A stretch of 64,000 nucleotides of DNA from Polyangiaceae bacterium (lineage in GTDB: Bacteria > Myxococcota_A > Polyangia > Polyangiales > Polyangiaceae). The stretch is taken from positions 448,001-512,000 of the forward strand of contig CBDCTZ010000015.1 of assembly GCA_965222375.1 (NCBI GenBank), given 5' to 3'. The notes beneath the pieces were generated by a model. The model was not told where the DNA came from and searched no databases. It worked only from the letters and a program-made list of their open reading frames with translations. A program made the translations under genes and the position numbers. Below are positions 48,077-57,360 of this stretch, one piece after another; the stretch's first letter is position 1; the number at the start of each line of letters is the position of its first letter.

Positions 48077-48985
48077 TTACTTTTCGACGGCGGGCTGCAC
48101 CTTTTCACCAAGCATGACCTTCTTGGGGCCCTCTTGGATCATGTCCGCCATCAGGCCGCGCTGCTCGGGTGTGAACACGGACAAGATCGTGTCCGTGCGC
48201 TGACCCGCGTCGGCGAAGTGCTGTCGCAGCACTTTGACCTTCTTGGCGTGATACGAATTGAGCGCCGTGCGGAAGTCTTCGCCTTCGAAAGCGTCGACGA
48301 GCTGGTTCAACTCGGCCCGAGTCGGACGCAGTCGCTCCTTCTCGCCCATCATTTCTTTCTTGATCGCCTTGAGCTTGTCGATCTGAAAGGTCGAGAGCAT
48401 CAGCTGCGCGGTGAACTTCCTGATTCCGTCCTTGCGGCGCTTGTCGGCTTCCCGACGTGGACCGAACTTCTTGTCGATCTCGGCGCGCAACACCGTGGCG
48501 ACAGCAGCTCGCTGACTCTCGTCCAGAGTGCCGTGGATTTCCTCCGCGGCGTCGACCTTTTGCTGCATGCGCTCTTCCATCGCGCTGAGCGCTTCGCTGA
48601 CGCTCTGCTCGAAATCCTTCGAGTTGGTGTCGCCCGAACGCACCACCGCGATAGCCGACTTCTTGAGTCGCTTACCAAGCTCACGCTTGCTCTCGTGGTC
48701 GAGCCTCAGCTCTGCCTCGATGGTGGTCAGGCTCGTCGCCTGGGCGGGAGTCAGGTCGGCCTTGGCCCGGGCCGCGTCGATGATGATGTTGACGGGGCTG
48801 CGGTAGTGGCGATGGGCTCTCGCGGACTGGTCGGCGGAGAGGTCTTTGGCAGCGACCTCCTGCTCCTTCGGCTTTTCGTCCACATTGGCGGCGCAGGCGA
48901 CCGCCCCGGACAGGGCAATGGCGCCGGCGGCGGCAAAAGCGACGCGACGATGCAGGCTTGTTCGTTCCTTTGCTTGGCTCTTCAT
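48077..48985 (-). CDS. Helical lipoprotein, Spy/CpxP-like
   Basis: Lipobox AVAC; LTPAQ, LDESQR and FTPEQR (LTxxQ-like) motifs. Confidence 0.6.
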   Translation of the reverse strand: MKSQAKERTSLHRRVAFAAAGAIALSGAVACAANVDEKPKEQEVAAKDLSADQSARAHRHYRSPVNIIIDAARAKADLTPAQATSLTTIEAELRLDHESKRELGKRLKKSAIAVVRSGDTNSKDFEQSVSEALSAMEERMQQKVDAAEEIHGTLDESQRAAVATVLRAEIDKKFGPRREADKRRKDGIRKFTAQLMLSTFQIDKLKAIKKEMMGEKERLRPTRAELNQLVDAFEGEDFRTALNSYHAKKVKVLRQHFADAGQRTDTILSVFTPEQRGLMADMIQEGPKKVMLGEKVQPAVEK

Positions 48986-49135
48986 GTATTTCAGTCTAAG
49001 GCGGTTTCGCGAGAACGCACGCCCCCCAAACACTTCTTAACACTGCGCCACAACTAGTCGAAACACTGCGCCTTCACTCCATATTCAAATAAATCTAGTG
49101 CTGCAGCTCCGACCCGCAACCCCGCCCTTTTCCCC

Positions 49136-50023
49136 ATGACTCACGCCCACAGTATCCGCCTCGTGGCCGCCTTCGACCTGGTGGAGTCGCTCAAATCGCG
49201 CAGAGCCATCGTGCTCTTCGCCCTGTACTTCGCGGGCGCGCTGGGAGCTTCGGGGATCTTCATTCGAGTGCTCACCGCGATTCAAGAGCGCCTCGAAGAA
49301 CAAGTGGGCCAAGCCGTCGACGTCAAGCAGCTGATGGAGAGCCCCGGCATGGGTCGACTGGTCGGAGCCTTAGCGGGTGACGAACAGGTTGCGGAAGCCA
49401 TCGTTGGCATTCCACCGATGGCACTCTTCTATGGTTGGCTGGCAATGAACTTCGTGCCGCTCTTGGTCTTGTTCACTTCGGCCGACGCGATCAGTGGCGA
49501 TCTGAGCAGCGGCGCGGTTCGCTTTTCCTTGTTCCGCACGGATCGAATCAGTTGGGCGCTCGGCAAACTGATTGGCCAAACCTGCCTCATGGCGGTCGGC
49601 GTGCTCGTAGGCGCGATTGGTTGCTGGTTGATGGGCCTCGTCTTTCTCGACGACATGCGTGTCGGCCAAACCGCGCTGTGGCTCTTGCGCATCTCGGGCC
49701 GCACCATCGTTTACAGCTTTTCCTATCTGGGCATGGCGATGTGTGCGTCCCAGTTGACGCGCACGCGCTTCCGCGCCGGTGGCCTGGCCCTTGCGCTGAT
49801 GTTCATGGCCTCTTTGGGCGGCAGCGTGATCCAATTCGAACCGATCGCGGACATCTCGCCACCCGTGTTTGGCGCCTTGGCCAAGCTGTTCCCGAGCGGG
49901 CACCACTTGTACCTGTGGCACCCGGGCATCCTGGAGAGCACCACGGCGATGGTCGGCCTGATCTCGATAGGCCTGACCTTCTTCTTCTTGGGCTTCTGGC
50001 GCTTTTCGACGAGGGACGCATGA
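49136..50023 (+). CDS. ABC-2 type transporter permease
   Basis: Six TMs; ISGD.SSGAVRF...R....LGK. Confidence 0.85.
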   Translation: MTHAHSIRLVAAFDLVESLKSRRAIVLFALYFAGALGASGIFIRVLTAIQERLEEQVGQAVDVKQLMESPGMGRLVGALAGDEQVAEAIVGIPPMALFYGWLAMNFVPLLVLFTSADAISGDLSSGAVRFSLFRTDRISWALGKLIGQTCLMAVGVLVGAIGCWLMGLVFLDDMRVGQTALWLLRISGRTIVYSFSYLGMAMCASQLTRTRFRAGGLALALMFMASLGGSVIQFEPIADISPPVFGALAKLFPSGHHLYLWHPGILESTTAMVGLISIGLTFFFLGFWRFSTRDA

Positions 50024-50991
50024 GCGCTGCGGCACTCAAAATCGACGGCTTGTTCAAGAACTACGGGCGAACCGTGGCTCTCGATGGGCTCGACCTGGAG
50101 GTTCCCGACGGCGTCATCTGCGGCTTCATCGGCCCCAACGGCGCTGGCAAGACGACGACCTTCGGGATCGTTGGCGGTATGATTCGCGCCAACGCTGGAG
50201 AGGTGAGCATTTTAGGTCGCGGCCCCCTCGCGCCCCAGACGCACCCGGGTCTGCTCACCGTACTGCCCCAAGATTGCGAGCTCAGCCCCCACGTCTCGCT
50301 GCGCCAGCTGCTAACCCACTACGCAAGGTTGCAAGGTCTGTCCAAAGCCGATGCGATCAAAGACGTGGATGCGCGCCTGGACGAAGTCGCTCTCAAAGAT
50401 CGCGCTGATGCTCGCATCAAGAGCTTGTCTCACGGCATGCGGCGACGCGTCGCCATCGCCCAGGCGCTCTTGGGCTCACCCAAGCTGGTCCTGCTCGACG
50501 AGCCCACCAGCGGTCTCGATCCCGAGCTGGTCGTTCGCATGCGCGACGTGTTCGCCTCCCACCGTGGCAAGCGCACCCTCGTGGTCAGCTCCCACAATCT
50601 GCTCGAGCTCGAAGCCCTATGCGACCACGTCGTCTTCATCGAGCGCGGGCGCTGCATTCAGAGCGGCTCCATGGCCGACGTCACGGAGCAAGGGCTCGTG
50701 ATGCGCTTCAGTGTCGAAAAGGCCGTGGACGTGGCGCAACTCGAAGCGAACCACCCGGAGTTGGAGATGACCTGGGAGGGCAAGACGCTGGTTGCCCGAG
50801 GTTCCGGCAGCTGGTCCGCGTCGAGCCTGAACGCGACCATCGTGCCCTACCTCTTCCACATGGACGCCGGCCTACTCGAAATCCGCCGTGGCAAGTCTCT
50901 GGAAGACGCCTACATGGCCGGAAAAGCCGAAGCCGCCGCCGAATTCGAGGCCGAAGAAGCCGGCGAATACGACGACGAAGAAGAGGGCTGA
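50020..50991 (+). CDS. ABC transporter ATP-binding protein
   Basis: GPNGAGKTT, LSHGMRRR, LLDEPTSGLD, SSH. Confidence 0.93.
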   Translation: MSAAALKIDGLFKNYGRTVALDGLDLEVPDGVICGFIGPNGAGKTTTFGIVGGMIRANAGEVSILGRGPLAPQTHPGLLTVLPQDCELSPHVSLRQLLTHYARLQGLSKADAIKDVDARLDEVALKDRADARIKSLSHGMRRRVAIAQALLGSPKLVLLDEPTSGLDPELVVRMRDVFASHRGKRTLVVSSHNLLELEALCDHVVFIERGRCIQSGSMADVTEQGLVMRFSVEKAVDVAQLEANHPELEMTWEGKTLVARGSGSWSASSLNATIVPYLFHMDAGLLEIRRGKSLEDAYMAGKAEAAAEFEAEEAGEYDDEEEG

Positions 50992-51009
50992 GCCCCTCAC
51001 ACCGCTAGG

Positions 51010-51233
51010 TTTGTTTTTGTGTGTGGGTGGCAACAGAGCTGCGTTGGCGCTCGCAGCCGCGGCGCGACAGCTCTCGCCTGCGGGGCACGCCGGTGCGGAG
51101 ACCCGTCAGCCGAATCCAGTGTTGCGCTGACAACTCTGAATTCGAGGCGCTGAGTGCTCCGCCGCGTATCGCACCGACTGCGCCGCGCACCGACTGCGCC
51201 GCGCACCGACTGCGCCGCGCCCCGCTCACTGGC
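51010..51233. repeat. Dispersed structured intergenic repeat, family A copy 2
   Basis: Homologous to 905-1153; 16-nt GCACCGACTGCGCCGC x3 at 51171-51218. Confidence 0.8.
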
Positions 51234-51234
51234 T

Positions 51235-52647
51235 CTAATCGAGCCAGTCCGTGTGAACGAAGGGGCCGTCAGGATCTTCGCGGCGTTGATAGGTATGGGC
51301 GCCAAAAGCGTCCCGCTGCGCTTGGGTGAGATTCTGGGGCAGCACGGCGGTGCGGTAGCTGTCCCAATAGGTCAATCCTGAAGCCAGGCCGCCCACGGGG
51401 ATGCCGTGCTGCTGCGCGAGGCCGACCACGTTGCGCCAAGTGGCCTGGCGACTCTGCAAGCCATCCCGAAGGGTCGCATCGAGCATCAGGTTCGGCAGAT
51501 TTGGGTCTTGCTTGAACGCCGTCATGATGGTGTCGAGGAAGCGCGCGCGAATGATGCATCCGCCTTTCCAGATCCGCGCCATCTCAGCCAAGTTCACGCC
51601 CCAGTCGAATTCGCGCCCGACCCGGGCGATCAGATCCATGCCTTGAGCGTAAGCAGCGATCTTGGCGGCGTAGAGCGCGTCGTGCACTTGCTGCACCAGG
51701 TCGTCGACTCTGCCGTCGTATCGAGACGGAGTGGGCCCCTGAAGCGCCTTGGACGCCGCCACCCGTTCCGACTTCCGACTCGATTGCACCCGGGCATCGA
51801 TGGCTGCCGCAATGCTGGGGATGGGCACCCCGTGCTCCAGCGCCACCTGGGCCGTCCAGCGCCCGGTCCCTTTCTGGCCCGCTTTGTCGAGCACCTGGTC
51901 GACCAGCGCGCTGCCATCTGCGTCCTTGACCGCCAAGATCTTCGCGGTGATCTCGATGAGGAACGACTCCAGGGGGCCTTCATTCCACTTGCCGAACACC
52001 TCGGCGAGGGCAGCCGGACTGAGCCCACCCACCCGGGAAAGGATGTCGTAGGCCTCGGCGATGAACTGCATGTCGGCATACTCGATACCGTTGTGCACCA
52101 TCTTCACGAAATGCCCCGCACCATCCGGACCACAATGCGCCACGCACGGCCCCGAATCCGTCTTGGCCGCGATGCCTTGGAAGATCGGTTCCAGCTCGGC
52201 GTATGCTTTCGGGTCGCCTCCCGGCATCAAAGACGGACCATAGCGCGCGCCGTCTTCCCCGCCAGACACGCCGGATCCAAAGAACTTCAGTCCTGCGTCC
52301 GCGTACAGCTTCTCACGCCGACGCGTGTCCTCGAAAAATGAGTTCCCGCCATCGATCACGATGTCGCCGGGTTCGAGCAGCGGCTGCAGCTGACCGAGCA
52401 CGCTGTCCACGGGCTTTCCGGCTTTGATCATCATCATGATCTTGCGGGGTCGCTCCACCGCTGCGACGAGCTCTTCGAGGCTCTTGGTGGCCAGCAGCTT
52501 GCCACCACTTTCGGTAACCGCAGTCTCGGTCAGCGCAGGGTCGCGGTTGTAGGCCGCCACGCTAGTGCCGTGGTCGAGCAGGTTGAACGCCAGATTGCGA
52601 CCCATGACCGCCATTCCGATCATTCCGAACTGTTTCTTGTCGTTCAT
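51235..52647 (-). CDS. gnd: 6-phosphogluconate dehydrogenase, NADP-dependent
   Basis: GMAVMGRNLA, IDGGNS, GVSGGE, GAGHFVKMVHNGIEY, QAQRD.FGAH. Confidence 0.97.
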   Translation of the reverse strand: MNDKKQFGMIGMAVMGRNLAFNLLDHGTSVAAYNRDPALTETAVTESGGKLLATKSLEELVAAVERPRKIMMMIKAGKPVDSVLGQLQPLLEPGDIVIDGGNSFFEDTRRREKLYADAGLKFFGSGVSGGEDGARYGPSLMPGGDPKAYAELEPIFQGIAAKTDSGPCVAHCGPDGAGHFVKMVHNGIEYADMQFIAEAYDILSRVGGLSPAALAEVFGKWNEGPLESFLIEITAKILAVKDADGSALVDQVLDKAGQKGTGRWTAQVALEHGVPIPSIAAAIDARVQSSRKSERVAASKALQGPTPSRYDGRVDDLVQQVHDALYAAKIAAYAQGMDLIARVGREFDWGVNLAEMARIWKGGCIIRARFLDTIMTAFKQDPNLPNLMLDATLRDGLQSRQATWRNVVGLAQQHGIPVGGLASGLTYWDSYRTAVLPQNLTQAQRDAFGAHTYQRREDPDGPFVHTDWLD

Positions 52648-53375
52648 TTTCGTCTCACTATCTCAGAGAGTGCGGCAGCGGCGTCTCTATCGACGATCCA
52701 AACCAATTGACCACTGTGCGGAGCCACATGGGCAGCGGGGAGTGCTGGGGCGCCGTCTTTCATCTGTTGATGCACTTCCGCGAGCCGTGCGGCTTTGGAG
52801 CTACCTGCTACGAGCAGAACGACCTGGCCGGCTTCGTTGATCGCGCGAAGCGACAGCGAGATCCGCGCCGTGGGCGGAATCGGGCTCTGGGTCACGATGA
52901 CCCGTTCGGGCGCCAAAGGGTCGAGCTCGGGCCCAGGGAAAACCGACGCCGTGTGACCGTCTCCGCCCATGCCCAGTAGCAGCACATCGAGAGGCTCTTC
53001 GCCCAGGGTGGCTTCGTAGGCTGCCCGAGCCTCGAGGGGCGGGCGCTCCCCCTCGACGCGGAAAACTCGATCATCGGCAATGGTCACGGGCTGGAGCAAT
53101 ACGTCGCGCACCATACGGTAGTTACTGTGCTCGTCTTGGGGACCGACGGCGCGTTCATCTCCGAAAAAGACGCTGACTCTGCTCCAGTCCACATCTTCGC
53201 GCTCCGCAAGGGCTACGTAGATCGGGCGCGGAGTGCCGCCACCGGCCAGGCCGAGTCGACATTCGCCGCGCGCCTGGATCGCCCGGCCAATCGCAACCGC
53301 GATCCGTTCAGCGGCGCCCGAGGCGAAGTCAGCGCTGGACAAAGCCACCACCTCGGGGAGCAACGCGTCAGTCAT
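52644..53375 (-). CDS. pgl: 6-phosphogluconolactonase
   Basis: LAGGGTP, FFGDER, SNY, LLGMGGDGHTAS. Confidence 0.95.
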   Translation of the reverse strand: MTDALLPEVVALSSADFASGAAERIAVAIGRAIQARGECRLGLAGGGTPRPIYVALAEREDVDWSRVSVFFGDERAVGPQDEHSNYRMVRDVLLQPVTIADDRVFRVEGERPPLEARAAYEATLGEEPLDVLLLGMGGDGHTASVFPGPELDPLAPERVIVTQSPIPPTARISLSLRAINEAGQVVLLVAGSSKAARLAEVHQQMKDGAPALPAAHVAPHSGQLVWIVDRDAAAALSEIVRRK

Positions 53376-54834
53376 TTCGTAGCTGCCACAGGTCGCTTTC
53401 GGGGATGGCCAGGCCTTCTGCCTCGGGCGGCCCCCAGGTCCCAGCCACGTAGTCGTGCACGGGTGGGGGTTCTTGAAGCAGGCCCTCGTACACACGCCAA
53501 GATTCCTCAACCTCATCGCCGTGAACAAAGAGCGTCTGATCACCGTTGAGAACGTCGAGCAACAGGGTTTGGTAGGCCTCGGGCATCGCGCCGTGGAAGT
53601 GATCGCCATAGGCGAACTTCAAAGGAACGCGCTCGAGGCAGAGTGGGTCACCGGGCACTTTGATGTCGAAGTGAAACGCAAAACCTTCGTTCGGCTGCAG
53701 CGTGATGGTCAGCACGTCTGCAGTGTCCTGAGAACACCCCAAACGTTCGAAGAAGCGAACCGGCGCACCTCGAAACCGCACCGCTATCTGCGAACTCTTG
53801 GCTGGCATGCGCTTGCCAGTTCGAATGAAGAACGGCACCCCCTGCCAGCGCCATGAGTCCACGCCCATTTTCAAAGCGATGAAGGTCTCGGTTTGCGAGT
53901 CCGCCGGCACGCCCGGCTCGTCGAGGTAGCCCGGAACTTCCCGCCCCTCGATCATGCCGGCAGTGTAGCGGCCACGGACCACGTTCTTGCACTGAATGGG
54001 TTGAATCGACTTGAGCACCTTGAGCTTTTCGTAGCGAATGGCGCTCGCCGAAAAGGATGTCGGCACCTCCATGGCCACGAGAGAGATGAGCTGCGTGATG
54101 TGGTTTTGCACCATGTCGCGCAAGGCTCCAGAGTGGTCGTAGTAGCCAGCTCGAGAGCCGACGCCGAGGCTTTCACCCACGGTGATCTGGACCTGTTCCA
54201 CCCGTTCGCGGTTCCAGGACGATTCGATGAAGGCGTTGGCGAGACGAAACACCAACAGGTTCTGAACCGTCTCTTTCCCGAGGTAGTGGTCGATGCGATA
54301 GATCTGCTCTTCGGTGAAGTACTCGTGGATCGTCTCGTTGAGTTCTCGAGCGGTCTTCAGATCCGTGCCAAAAGGCTTTTCGATCACGATACGGGTCCAA
54401 CCGGCGTCGTTGGTCAGGTTGAGGCCCACCGCCCCCAGCCCAGCGATGGTGTCGGCAAAGACTCGTGGGGGAAGCGATAGGTAGAAGCAGTAATTCTCCG
54501 GTATGTGGTGCTCTCGCCGCAGCTCCGCCAGCTTGTCGGCCAAGTTGCGAAAGTCGGAAGCATCCCCAGCGGGTGCAGAGAGGAAGTGCAAGCGCGCGAG
54601 AAAAGGCGCCACTGCGTCTCCGCTGATGTTGGCGGCTTTCAGTGCCTCGGCCGCCAGCTTTCGAAACGCTTCGTCGTCCAGCTCGGCTCTCGACACACCG
54701 AGAATGCGAACTCGGGGGTCGATCTGTCCGGCCGCGTGGTTTCGGTACAGCGCCGGCAGCAGCTTGCGCCGCGATAGATCTCCGGTCGCGCCGTAGATGG
54801 TGAAGATTGACCCTTCGCTCGTCGAGTTGCCCAT
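53368..54834 (-). CDS. zwf: Glucose-6-phosphate 1-dehydrogenase
   Basis: GATGDL, EKPFG, RIDHYLGKE, RDMVQNH. Confidence 0.97.
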   Translation of the reverse strand: MGNSTSEGSIFTIYGATGDLSRRKLLPALYRNHAAGQIDPRVRILGVSRAELDDEAFRKLAAEALKAANISGDAVAPFLARLHFLSAPAGDASDFRNLADKLAELRREHHIPENYCFYLSLPPRVFADTIAGLGAVGLNLTNDAGWTRIVIEKPFGTDLKTARELNETIHEYFTEEQIYRIDHYLGKETVQNLLVFRLANAFIESSWNRERVEQVQITVGESLGVGSRAGYYDHSGALRDMVQNHITQLISLVAMEVPTSFSASAIRYEKLKVLKSIQPIQCKNVVRGRYTAGMIEGREVPGYLDEPGVPADSQTETFIALKMGVDSWRWQGVPFFIRTGKRMPAKSSQIAVRFRGAPVRFFERLGCSQDTADVLTITLQPNEGFAFHFDIKVPGDPLCLERVPLKFAYGDHFHGAMPEAYQTLLLDVLNGDQTLFVHGDEVEESWRVYEGLLQEPPPVHDYVAGTWGPPEAEGLAIPESDLWQLRND

Positions 54835-54966
54835 CGGACGGCGAGGCTACAGCAACGAACGCGGAAACGAAACGCGGGGTGCTCTGCGAAGGCAGAGCGG
54901 CTCGCTGGAGCAACCAACCTAAGTTCGGCCCACGTGCCGCGGCGCGACGAAGTAGACTTGTGGGGA

Positions 54967-55389
54967 ATGAAGTCGATCAAGCACCCCGGGGTCGCTGCGA
55001 CCTTCGAGAGCTACCCGCCGAAGCCACGGCGCAAGCTTCTGGCACTGCGCAAGCTGATCTTGGGCACTGCAAAGTTCACGGATGGAGTGGGGAAGCTCGA
55101 GGAGACGCTCAAGTGGGGCGAGCCGGCGTACGTTACGAGCGAGACCAAGAGCGGCACCACCATCCGCGTCGGCTGGAAGGCCTCAGCGCCGGAAAAGTAC
55201 GCGATCTACTTTCATTGTCAGACCAACCTGGTCGAGTCCTTTCGCGAGATGTTCCCCAAACGCTTCAAGTTCGAAGGCAATCGCGCGATCGTATTCGATC
55301 AAGGCGATGCTGTACCCAAAGAGGAGCTCTCCTGCTGCATCGCCGCGGCGCTCACCTACCACCTGGACAAGAAGCAGTCGCGCGGCTAG
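54967..55389 (+). CDS. DUF1801 domain protein
   Basis: LEETLKWGEPAY, YFHCQTNLV, FEGNRAI, ALTYH. Confidence 0.85.
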   Translation: MKSIKHPGVAATFESYPPKPRRKLLALRKLILGTAKFTDGVGKLEETLKWGEPAYVTSETKSGTTIRVGWKASAPEKYAIYFHCQTNLVESFREMFPKRFKFEGNRAIVFDQGDAVPKEELSCCIAAALTYHLDKKQSRG

Positions 55390-55452
55390 CCCCTCGGCGG
55401 GATTTCGCTTAAAGGTGTCGGGGGACACGCTAGTCAGCGTGAAGAGACCGCC

Positions 55453-55893
55453 GTGCCGAAGTTCCACGAACTGCCAAAGGAGGAGATCGAGCGGATCTTC
55501 AATGCAGCGCCGTTCATTTCGAGCCTCGGCATGCGCCTGGCAAGCGTGAGCGCCGGAGCGTGTGAAACGACTCTCGAATTGGAGCCCCGGCACTTGCAGC
55601 AGGACGGCTTCGTGCATGCGGGTCTGCAGGCAACCATGGCCGACCACACCGCCGGCGGCGCCGCAGCCACGATGATTGGGCCTGGGCAAATCGTGCTGAC
55701 CGCCGAGTTCAAGATCAACTTGCTGCGGGCCGCCAAGGGGCAGCGCCTGAGGTGCAAGTCCAAGGTGCTCAAGCCGGGTTCACGCTTCAGCGTCGTCGAG
55801 TCCGAGATCGAGTGCGCAAACGATGGCGAGTGGAAGCTGGTTTCCAAGACCACTGCGACCATTGCCGTAGTGGAAAAGCGACCGGCCCTCTAG
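55453..55893 (+). CDS. PaaI family (hotdog) thioesterase
   Basis: QQDGFVHAG...MADHTAG, EFKINLLR. Confidence 0.9.
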   Translation: MPKFHELPKEEIERIFNAAPFISSLGMRLASVSAGACETTLELEPRHLQQDGFVHAGLQATMADHTAGGAAATMIGPGQIVLTAEFKINLLRAAKGQRLRCKSKVLKPGSRFSVVESEIECANDGEWKLVSKTTATIAVVEKRPAL

Positions 55894-56030
55894 AGCGATT
55901 GTGAACTGGGATTCATGGCGCATCGCGAACCACCGTTGCAAGACCGCAACGGTTTGAGGCAATAGCGCCGAGGGAAAGCTTGCGACAGCCCTCGAGCTGA
56001 CTGGCACGCCACTCGCAACATGGGCGGACA

Positions 56031-56519
56031 ATGCGCTCCCTGCTGTCTGCACTCGCGGTCGGTCTGTCCCTGGTCGGCTGTTCTGCACCGGCGGAGATCC
56101 TCGACGTTTCCTACGACGATCGCTTCGGCAACCAAACCAAGATGGACATTTACCTTCCTGCCGGCGAGCCGGCAGGAAGCCCCGCCATCGTGATGATCCA
56201 TGGTGGCGCGTGGCGCTTCGGCAGCAAGAACGCCTACCGCGGCGCGGCGATCCGCATGGCCCGCTCCGGGTGGGTCGCGGTATCCATCAACTATCGCCTT
56301 GGCTCCGCCGGCGTGTATCCGCGCGCGGTTCAAGACTGCGTATGCGCGCTAGCCTACTTGCGAGCCCACGCCGACGAATACGGCATCGACCCCAATCGAA
56401 TTGCGGTCACCAGCTACTCCGCGGGCGGCCACCTGGCGTCCCTGGTCGGGCTCGCTGCGGACGCACCGGAGCATGTTCCGGATTGCGACTCCGGCGGCAC
56501 GACGTTGCCGAATGCCGTG
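56031..56519 (+). pseudogene. Truncated alpha/beta hydrolase lipoprotein (HSL-like N-terminal half)
   Basis: DIYLP, IHGGAW, SINYRL, IDPNRI, YSAGGHLA; family-like sequence ends at PNAV with no Asp/His half. Confidence 0.7.
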
Positions 56520-56703
56520 GGTCGGGGGCAATATCGGTCTGTCCGTGGTCGGCGGCCTGGGCTGGCGGTTCGCCATCGGCCGGGTCGAACTCACGCCCAG
56601 CTTCGGCCTCGGCTCCCGCACGGACTTCGACCCCAAGGGCCGTCTGGCGCCTTGGACCCGCACGGTGATTCGCTTCGATTGGACCGTCGGCTGGATGTTC
56701 TAG
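56518..56703 (+). pseudogene. Orphan C-terminus of an outer-membrane beta-barrel protein
   Basis: Different frame: WVGGNIGLSVVGGLGWRF...FDWTVGWMF* ending in a beta-signal Phe. Confidence 0.55.
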
Positions 56704-56769
56704 CGGACGCCGCGACAATCACCATTTCTGGCATAGGCGAAAGCCCGCCACTCGTGCTTGACTCCGCCC

Positions 56770-57132
56770 ATGTCCAAGGATCGCCATCGGGGGCAGCTCT
56801 TCGACAACAAGAACAAGCGCAAACCCAGCCAACCTGACATGGAGGGCGAGGGGCGCATCGCGGGCAAGCCGTACACCATCTCTGCGTGGAAGCGGGACAA
56901 GCTGCTCGTGCTTTCTTTGGCGCCGCCAAGGGAACGGGGCAGCAACACCTATCCGCCCGAAGCCTTCAAGGGCGCCCTCAACCCGGCAAAAGGCAGGATT
57001 GCAGAAAACACACCTGTTTGGACCGGTGACATCAGCGGCGACGAGGGAACCTACGCGGTCCGTGCTTATCAGCGTCAGGGTAAGAGCGGCCCATTCCTCT
57101 CTCTCGAGCTGGACGTCGAACCAACTGATTAG
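56770..57132 (+). CDS. Small protein with duplicated phage SSB/DUF736-like module
   Basis: GQLFDNKNK...PDMEG...YTISAW, and a second module GAL...PVWTG...YAVRAY...GPFLSL. Confidence 0.55.
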   Translation: MSKDRHRGQLFDNKNKRKPSQPDMEGEGRIAGKPYTISAWKRDKLLVLSLAPPRERGSNTYPPEAFKGALNPAKGRIAENTPVWTGDISGDEGTYAVRAYQRQGKSGPFLSLELDVEPTD

Positions 57133-57325
57133 TGTCCTTCGAGTACACCATCAAGTTCGAGCGAGATTCGGAAGCCCAACTCGACGGGCTCCTTCGAGGC
57201 ATCGCCGGCTTCGATGGCATCGAACCTCAGTTCGGTGCGTATCGCTATCGCTCTAAGGCCAACCAGGGCAAGATGCCCGACGCAGACGTGCGGATTCAAG
57301 AAGGCGGCGTGCACCTATGCCACAG
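57132..57325 (+). pseudogene. Probable 5' fragment of a hypothetical gene
   Basis: GTG overlapping the upstream stop; about 64 protein-like codons, then the ORF becomes the antisense of the convergent gene. Confidence 0.35.
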
Positions 57326-57360
57326 CCCACCCGCGGGGTCCGGGGCGAGCCGATCCTGGC

